IMG/VR virus record: IMGVR_UViG_3300027744_000008
Strand: one strand, 5' to 3'
From: a virus
Taxonomy: Duplodnaviria; Heunggongvirae; Uroviricota; Caudoviricetes
Length of the DNA stretch: 64,000 bases
A model generated the notes under the pieces. That model saw only the letters and a list, made by a program, of their open reading frames with translations, was not told where the DNA came from and searched no databases. The first letter of the stretch is position 1. Each line of letters starts with the position of its first letter. The translations under genes and the position numbers were made by a program. Below, piece after piece: positions 18,012 to 24,282 of the stretch.

Positions 18012-19010
18012 ATGGATTTACAACCTCATCCAGACGACCACGAAGCTAAGATGGCTCGCGCTGACCTATTTAAACTAGCACAGTATTCCTTTAAGCTGTT
18101 CAAAATGATTCACGAAGATATGGAATTAGAAGGCTGGGTGCAGGCTAAGATCACTAAATCAGCTGACTATATTGCATCAGTATACCACTATATGGAATAC
18201 GAAATGAAGTTTAGCGAATACGGTGAAAAATTAGAACAATCTGATATGTATTCTAGTATGAGTGAAAGCCAGCAACGTGCGCTTACAAACATGTTAACTG
18301 AAGCTAAAGCAACTATGAAAAAGTTGACTGCTGCTCAGGCCAAGAAACTTAAAAAGAAAAATGGCAAGGTTGACGAAGCTGCTAAACCAGATTTTGCAGA
18401 TCTTGATGACGACGGTGATGAAGAAGAGCCAATGAAGAAAGCGGCCAAGGATGCTAAGAAAGTTAAAGAAGGTTTTCCAACAGTTGACGATGCTAAGAAA
18501 GATCATGAAGAACGTGAGAAGTCTAAGGGCACAGGTAAGTTTGACAAGAAAGACACTGGAAAAGGTACACAGTATACACGCAAGTCTAGCACATTCACAG
18601 ATGGTGGCGATGACAGCGATGTTAAGAAAGCTAAAAAGAAAGCCAAACAAACTGACGAAGGCGTGATGGACACTGTTAAGTCTGCTGCCAAAAAAGTAGG
18701 AAAAGCTGTTACTGGTGGTAGCGACGAAGATCAACGTAAAGATCTACAACGCAAAATGGGTGTTGCACAAACAGGTAAAAAGCCTGCACAAAAAGTTAAA
18801 GAAGCATCTAAGCCAGACTTCCTAGACATGGACAAAGATGGCGATAAGAAAGAGCCAATGAAAAAGGCTGTTGCTGACAAAAAGAAGAATCCATTTGCCA
18901 AAGTCAAAGAAGCTACTGCAAAATGCAATCACAGCGCCAAAGGTAAATCATGTCCAGTACACGGTCTAAAAGAATGTGGCAGTATGGCATACGAAGGACA
19001 CAAAGGTTAA
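18012..19010 (+). CDS. highly charged modular head/scaffold-like protein
   Basis: TAAATA at 17986; repeated VxE junctions; two KPDFxDxDxDGD..EPMKKA repeats; C-terminal Cys/His cluster. Confidence 0.65.
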   Translation: MDLQPHPDDHEAKMARADLFKLAQYSFKLFKMIHEDMELEGWVQAKITKSADYIASVYHYMEYEMKFSEYGEKLEQSDMYSSMSESQQRALTNMLTEAKATMKKLTAAQAKKLKKKNGKVDEAAKPDFADLDDDGDEEEPMKKAAKDAKKVKEGFPTVDDAKKDHEEREKSKGTGKFDKKDTGKGTQYTRKSSTFTDGGDDSDVKKAKKKAKQTDEGVMDTVKSAAKKVGKAVTGGSDEDQRKDLQRKMGVAQTGKKPAQKVKEASKPDFLDMDKDGDKKEPMKKAVADKKKNPFAKVKEATAKCNHSAKGKSCPVHGLKECGSMAYEGHKG

Positions 19011-19016
19011 TCTGCA

Positions 19017-20096
19017 ATGGACATGAAAAAAATTCTACAGGCATTCGACGGAGCTTCTACAAAGCCTGTAGAAGGTTCCAATGACATGCAAAAATTTATT
19101 AGCCTAGTTTCTAAAGGAAAGAATCCTCAAACTGATCGTCAGATAGTTGCCGAACAAATGACTGGTCAAGAATACTCTAAACAACCACAAGTTAAAAAAG
19201 GCAATGGTCTAATTAAAAAGTATTTTGAAAGCGTTCAAAATGAATCGTCGCAAGCTCTAACAGAGCGTCGAGCAAAGATTAAAGAACAGGCTAGACGAAT
19301 TGCACAGCGTATGCGTGAAGATGCTAAAGTATCTGCAATTGATCCAGCTAAGAAAACAATTACTTATACAGATGATCAAACAGGTATTTCAACTACAGTT
19401 CCACAGGCCATGGCCAAACCAGGCGAAGGTGGCCAAGTCATGGTTGACAAGAATCAAGTTAGTCAAGCTGCTGGTCAAGAACAACCTCCGGCTATTAAAG
19501 TTGGTGACATGATTAAGATGATGGACACTGAGTCTAGTAGTGCAGGTGTGCGTATGCACCGTGCTCTACAACGCGAAAAAGAAAAGCGTGAATTTAGTCA
19601 ACGGTATGCCGAAAAGAATTTTCCAATAGGCAAGAAGCCTGAACCAATTAGACAGCCAGAAAAAGATCAAAGTTCAGTAGAAAGCTCGCGTAGATTAAGC
19701 ATTGGCCAACAAATGGCGCAGGATGGCATTACATACAGTCCAGAAAAAGAAAATGAACTTATTGGCTTAATGGCTCAATACATGAAGAAAAATGGGATGA
19801 GTTCAAGAGAGATTCGATATCATCTAAGTTACGATGAGGACTATATCCCTGATCAACTAAGTGACTTGCCCAAGCAAGATGTAGCAGAGAGCGACAGTAG
19901 TGCCAAATATAAAGTAAGAAGCATTGGCAAGGACAAGAAAGGCGAATATTACATTAGTCCAAGTACAGGTGAAAAAGTATATAAGAAGGCTAAGGTTGGT
20001 GATCACGAAGTTCCGGGTAGTAAAGAAATAAAACCTAAAGTAGCGGAAGGCAATGAAGATCCGTCGTGGATGAACAATCTAAGGCTTAGAAAATAA
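19017..20096 (+). CDS. modular putative head protein
   Basis: Junctions IVAE, MRE, DTE, SVE, QDVAE, KVAE. Confidence 0.6.
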   Translation: MDMKKILQAFDGASTKPVEGSNDMQKFISLVSKGKNPQTDRQIVAEQMTGQEYSKQPQVKKGNGLIKKYFESVQNESSQALTERRAKIKEQARRIAQRMREDAKVSAIDPAKKTITYTDDQTGISTTVPQAMAKPGEGGQVMVDKNQVSQAAGQEQPPAIKVGDMIKMMDTESSSAGVRMHRALQREKEKREFSQRYAEKNFPIGKKPEPIRQPEKDQSSVESSRRLSIGQQMAQDGITYSPEKENELIGLMAQYMKKNGMSSREIRYHLSYDEDYIPDQLSDLPKQDVAESDSSAKYKVRSIGKDKKGEYYISPSTGEKVYKKAKVGDHEVPGSKEIKPKVAEGNEDPSWMNNLRLRK

Positions 20097-20533
20097 TGGA
20101 TGAGCAACTGATTAAAGCCATAAAGATGGCACATGCAAATACATTTGCGTTCTATCTTAAAACACACGGATTTCATTGGAACGTTGAAGGTGAAAACTTT
20201 CCTCAGTATCATGCTTTCTTTGAAACAATATACCGTGAAGTATATGGTGTTATAGATAAATTTGCAGAAGAAATTCGTGCCCTAGGTTCATATGCTCCAG
20301 CAGGCCTAGGAAGATTAATGGAACTATCCGGCATTGAAGATCAACGAGAAGTAGTTGATGCTAGAACAATGCTAGAAATTTTATATCAAGATAATCAAAC
20401 AGTGTTAGAAATCATTGGGCAGGCCTACGAACTAGCTGAAAATGCAGGAGCACATGGCCTAAGTAATTTTCTAGCCGAACGTCAAGATGCACATAAGAAA
20501 CATGCCTGGATGATTAGAGCAACATTAAAGTAA
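20096..20533 (+). CDS. dps: Dps / ferritin-like DNA-protection protein
   Basis: HGFHWNVEG, H..FE..Y, D..AE.IR.LG and K..WM motifs. Confidence 0.92.
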   Translation: MDEQLIKAIKMAHANTFAFYLKTHGFHWNVEGENFPQYHAFFETIYREVYGVIDKFAEEIRALGSYAPAGLGRLMELSGIEDQREVVDARTMLEILYQDNQTVLEIIGQAYELAENAGAHGLSNFLAERQDAHKKHAWMIRATLK

Positions 20534-20534
20534 A

Positions 20535-20626
20535 GGACACACTACCTTAGGACCTTATGGTTATTAAGTGTGGGGCGGCTGCTGCCCGTGGAAAGTGATT
20601 CGCTACATGGACCGCTGAGTGAGCAA
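20535..20626 (+). ncRNA. candidate structured RNA with possible pseudoknot
   Basis: GC-rich intergenic stretch with several stems; no family recognised. Confidence 0.45.
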
Positions 20627-20645
20627 GAATTTTAAGGGTTATTAA

Positions 20646-21599
20646 ATGTCTACAATTTATAAAGATCTAGTTGAAAGTTTTGGATATACTCCAGTTGTGG
20701 AGGCTATTAGCCTTGATGCTATCATGGCTGCTGTTGGGCAAGAAAAAGACGAACAAAAACGTGCAGCCGCACTAAACGATATTGCATGGAAAGAAAAACT
20801 ACCCGGTCTCTATGACCCGGTTAGTGGCAATTTTGTGCGTAAACAAAGTATGCCCGCAAGCAATCGAGGTGGACGATATGATATTGCTGCCACTGCCAGC
20901 AGCGGTGATGACAAAACATTAAGCGGTATGGGTCTAATTCCAAATAATGCTACTACCACTAGCCCACTTGGTAAGTTGGCAAATAAAGTAACTGGTAAAG
21001 ATAGTGATGCATACGATAAAGATATTCGCACTGCCAGTCAGGCGGCTGCTGGAAACAAACCTCCATCACAGGCAGCACAACCTGGTCAGGTTACGGCAGC
21101 AGGTTCCGAGTTTGGCACTAAGGATGCATTTGATGCCAAGGCGGATGCTGATCTTCAAAATTTAGACATTGGGTTTGGTCCTGGAAAAATGACACCTGAC
21201 GATAATAAACCGCTTGGAGATATAGACATTGGGTTTGGTACTAATCAATTTACCCCTGGCGATAATAAACCAGCTCCTAACAAACCTGTCATACCAGGTC
21301 AAGGTGGTGATATGGATGCTAAACGCAAGAAATACGCAGAATTATTGGCCAAGGCTAAAGGCGGTACACCTAGTCAAGCATCAGTTAGAAAGGTAGACAA
21401 TGCCATTGATGCTAAAAGTACAACACCTGTTTCAAACACAAAATCAAGTAGTACCACCCTAGTTGCCGGTATTCCGGTTGTTCCTGGAAAACCATTAAAT
21501 CCTGTCCAAGCGGGCGCTGCAAAAATGATGTTAGACATGGGTAATAAATTAAGTCCAGAGGTTCAAGCAGCCTATGATTTGGCCGTTAACAAAAAATAA
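20646..21599 (+). CDS. putative head/ejection protein, low complexity
   Basis: N-terminal LVE and VVE sites; duplicated DIGFG..TPxDNKP unit with a 60-bp period. Confidence 0.6.
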   Translation: MSTIYKDLVESFGYTPVVEAISLDAIMAAVGQEKDEQKRAAALNDIAWKEKLPGLYDPVSGNFVRKQSMPASNRGGRYDIAATASSGDDKTLSGMGLIPNNATTTSPLGKLANKVTGKDSDAYDKDIRTASQAAAGNKPPSQAAQPGQVTAAGSEFGTKDAFDAKADADLQNLDIGFGPGKMTPDDNKPLGDIDIGFGTNQFTPGDNKPAPNKPVIPGQGGDMDAKRKKYAELLAKAKGGTPSQASVRKVDNAIDAKSTTPVSNTKSSSTTLVAGIPVVPGKPLNPVQAGAAKMMLDMGNKLSPEVQAAYDLAVNKK

Positions 21600-21612
21600 T
21601 TAAGGAATAATA

Positions 21613-22380
21613 ATGAACTTTTATAAAGACCCGCTACTAGAAAAATTGAGATTAATTGAATCTCGAATCCTCGGCGAAGCACTATCAGATGATGAATTTG
21701 TAGAGTTACAAAGATTAAGAGCTGAACTAGCCGATGATGCAGAAGTATCTAAACTACACTCAGAAGTAGATGCAGTAGTTACAGCAAGGGCCGCCGAACT
21801 TGAAAAATCTGCAGACACACCAACAGATAATAAACCAACAGATAATAAACCAACAGTTGCATGGCCAACAACTCCAGATGAAATTGCCGCATTCCAGGCA
21901 GCACATCCTCCGTTAGTAGTAGATAAAAAGATTGGTCAAAAAACTATGGCAGCTTTGATAGCAGCCGGTGCAACACCTCCAGCAGGATTTAAGCCAGTGG
22001 GCAATAAAGTTAAACCAACAGAAAAACCACCAGGTATCGCTGCGCGACCAACACCCGGAGAGCCAAACACTATGAGTAGGACCGGCACTCCCCCAGAATT
22101 AGCTAAGATTGATCCAAGAGTAAATCCAGAATATTGGGTTAAAGGTACACGCTATAAATTTACCGGTATTGGAAACAATGGCACATGGGCTCCTAATTTT
22201 GAAAAGGGAGATTGGATTGGAACTCCACAAAATAAAAAATTATCTGCAGATAATTATTCGGGACCAGTCCCAGGAGCAGGCGCTCAACCTAGCAAGCCAA
22301 CAGCAGTGGACAATAGTGGTAGCCTAGGCAGTGCTATGCCTGAAAGTATAGATAGAATACGACAATTATCCGGTCTATAA
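21613..22380 (+). CDS. protein with a peptidoglycan-binding-like domain
   Basis: IAAFQAAH..LVVDKKIGQKTMAAL resembles PG_binding_1; PTDNK tandem repeat at 21820-21856; ends ESIDRIRQLSGL. Confidence 0.6.
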   Translation: MNFYKDPLLEKLRLIESRILGEALSDDEFVELQRLRAELADDAEVSKLHSEVDAVVTARAAELEKSADTPTDNKPTDNKPTVAWPTTPDEIAAFQAAHPPLVVDKKIGQKTMAALIAAGATPPAGFKPVGNKVKPTEKPPGIAARPTPGEPNTMSRTGTPPELAKIDPRVNPEYWVKGTRYKFTGIGNNGTWAPNFEKGDWIGTPQNKKLSADNYSGPVPGAGAQPSKPTAVDNSGSLGSAMPESIDRIRQLSGL

Positions 22381-22406
22381 AAAAAGCACCCCAGGGGTGC
22401 TTTTTT
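22380..22406. terminator. bidirectional intrinsic terminator
   Basis: A-run, GCACCC-CAG-GGGTGC, T-run between convergent genes. Confidence 0.9.
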
Positions 22407-22407
22407 A

Positions 22408-22725
22408 TTAGTGCCAATTACCTTGATAGCAATGTCGCATCTCATGTCCTAGTGTATGCATATTTGGACGACGGCTAGTAACAATGGTACAACTGTTACC
22501 TTCCCAAAATGAACAAGCCTGTATTGAAAAACCAAAGCCTTGACCGCCGCGCCTGCGACTTTCTGCATCGCAGACCTTTTGCACATTGTCCACCGGTAAC
22601 CAAGTAATGCTCATTGGTGCTTTTTGAACGTCACTTGTTGAAAACGATGCCAAAGGATCATCCCAATCTGCTGATGCCGAGCCTAAGTGTGCAATCAAAA
22701 AAAGTGTAAGAAACGTTTTTTTCAT
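22408..22725 (-). CDS. small secreted protein with HExxH motif
   Basis: Signal peptide ending ASA; GHEMRH; four Cys. Confidence 0.7.
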   Translation of the reverse strand: MKKTFLTLFLIAHLGSASADWDDPLASFSTSDVQKAPMSITWLPVDNVQKVCDAESRRRGGQGFGFSIQACSFWEGNSCTIVTSRRPNMHTLGHEMRHCYQGNWH

Positions 22726-22753
22726 ATCTGCCTCTGTGTGTTAATATGCTACA

Positions 22754-22782
22754 ATTATAGCCTCAAAAGTGTAGATCGTCAA
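22754..22782 (-). promoter_or_regulatory. sigma70-type promoter
   Basis: TTGACG-17 nt-TATAAT on the minus strand. Confidence 0.75.
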
Positions 22783-22820
22783 TTCTTTTGGTTAACCAAA
22801 ATGTAATACTTAAATACACT

Positions 22821-23312
22821 ATGATTGAAATTTTAGACACCATTGACTCAAATTTACTCTATGAAGAATACAGTAAAATAGAACATCACATTGATTGGTA
22901 TATAACAGGACAACAGGGTCGCCAAACTTGCATACAAACTAGACCCGATCAACCTTTGGGACTTGATGGATGTGGTAGTGTTGACCCAACGACTAGTATA
23001 ACTTCTTATAACTATCTTAATCCATTAATAGAAAATACAGTTTGGGCAGAACTTATTAAAAAACATAAAATGTACAGAACTAGATTTTTATGGATTAATG
23101 AAAAATCATGTTACTCATTGCATAAGGATTCTAGTCCAAGAATACATATTCCCATTGTTACCAATCCGCAGGCACTGTTTTATTTTAGCAAATCAGGTTT
23201 CCAATATCTAGAACCAGATAAAGTACATTGGGTTAATACTAGAAACATGCATAGTTTTGTAAATTTCTCAGACGAAAAAAGATTACACCTAGTTGGTTGT
23301 GTAGAAGGTTGA
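22821..23312 (+). CDS. 2OG-Fe(II) oxygenase (Asp/Asn beta-hydroxylase-like)
   Basis: HKD...RIHIPI...HSFVN...R.HL motifs; TAAATA at 22811; start corrected. Confidence 0.8.
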   Translation: MIEILDTIDSNLLYEEYSKIEHHIDWYITGQQGRQTCIQTRPDQPLGLDGCGSVDPTTSITSYNYLNPLIENTVWAELIKKHKMYRTRFLWINEKSCYSLHKDSSPRIHIPIVTNPQALFYFSKSGFQYLEPDKVHWVNTRNMHSFVNFSDEKRLHLVGCVEG

Positions 23313-23337
23313 CAAATTAAAAGATAAGTTATATAAT
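23309..23337 (+). promoter_or_regulatory. sigma70-type promoter
   Basis: TTGACA-17 nt-TATAAT. Confidence 0.85.
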
Positions 23338-23360
23338 AGGTGAATAAGTTAGGAGACACT

Positions 23361-23624
23361 ATGTCATCAAGAATGTACGGCCCAGAAGAAAAGGCAAAAT
23401 TAGAAAGATTAATTACAGAAGGTTCCACTGTATTACGTGAAATTGAAGATCTTAGAGAAGGTCTTAAAGAAACAGTCAAAGCAGTAGCAGAAGAATTAGA
23501 TATTAAACCCAGTATTATTAACAAAGCAATTACTATTGCACACAAAGATAATTGGAAAGACCACGAAGATGAGTGGAATGAAATTGAAATGATTTTAGGC
23601 GTAACTAAACGACTACCAGAATAA
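23361..23624 (+). CDS. small helical protein, possibly dsDNA-binding (T4 DsbA/GapR-like)
   Basis: AGGAG RBS; size and coiled-coil pattern; family call is by resemblance only. Confidence 0.5.
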   Translation: MSSRMYGPEEKAKLERLITEGSTVLREIEDLREGLKETVKAVAEELDIKPSIINKAITIAHKDNWKDHEDEWNEIEMILGVTKRLPE

Positions 23625-24224
23625 ATGACTAGACTTGTAACTTTCGGTTGTTCTTATACTGTTGGGCATTTTCTCGACGACAATTATCAGTTGCCATCGG
23701 TGCCATCAGTTCCTAGTATATATGCGTGGCCCAATATATTAGCAAACATGTTAGGATACCAATGTGTCAATAATGCAGTTAATGGCTCTGGTAATTTAGA
23801 AATTCTCTGGAAAATACTCAACACTAAATTTGAATCAGGTGATATAGTATGTATTGGATGGAGTCACTTTATTAGAGATATAATTTTTGATCAAGAACTT
23901 GAAGTTAAACGTGTACACAGCGATGACGAAAATTTATCTAAACATTGGTTGTTAACACACACTGATCATGACATTAACATTAGAAACTGGTTACATATTC
24001 ATCACGCTAATCAATATTTAAAAACACTGGGTATAAAAACATATCACAATCCCTGTGCATATGATATAGATATTAATGATTTACCAATAAATTTATCCAT
24101 TAATAACTTTACCGGTGTAGGGTTTACACTTTTAGATCGAGGCCACGACGGTGCTCATCCTGGAATAAAAAGTCATGAAGAGTATGCAAAGAGCATATAT
24201 AAATATATAACAAACGTAGGGTAA
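23625..24224 (+). CDS. SGNH/GDSL hydrolase-like protein
   Basis: FGCSYT, NNAVNGSGN and DGAHPG blocks. Confidence 0.7.
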   Translation: MTRLVTFGCSYTVGHFLDDNYQLPSVPSVPSIYAWPNILANMLGYQCVNNAVNGSGNLEILWKILNTKFESGDIVCIGWSHFIRDIIFDQELEVKRVHSDDENLSKHWLLTHTDHDINIRNWLHIHHANQYLKTLGIKTYHNPCAYDIDINDLPINLSINNFTGVGFTLLDRGHDGAHPGIKSHEEYAKSIYKYITNVG

Positions 24225-24277
24225 GCAGGGCCATAAACCGCACAACAGGTATTTGTGAGCCAGAAATCACATAAGGA
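24225..24277 (+). promoter_or_regulatory. twin-hairpin leader of the DNA polymerase gene (putative translational operator)
   Basis: Two stems with loops GCCATAAA and GCCAGAAA immediately before the SD. Confidence 0.55.
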
Positions 24278-24282
24278 AAAAT

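Noticed and set aside
20586-20625. Hammerhead ribozyme (GAAA ... CTGAGTGA resembles the core)
   Set aside because: The core reads CUGAGUGA rather than CUGANGA, and stems I and II cannot be formed convincingly. Kept only as an unassigned structured RNA.
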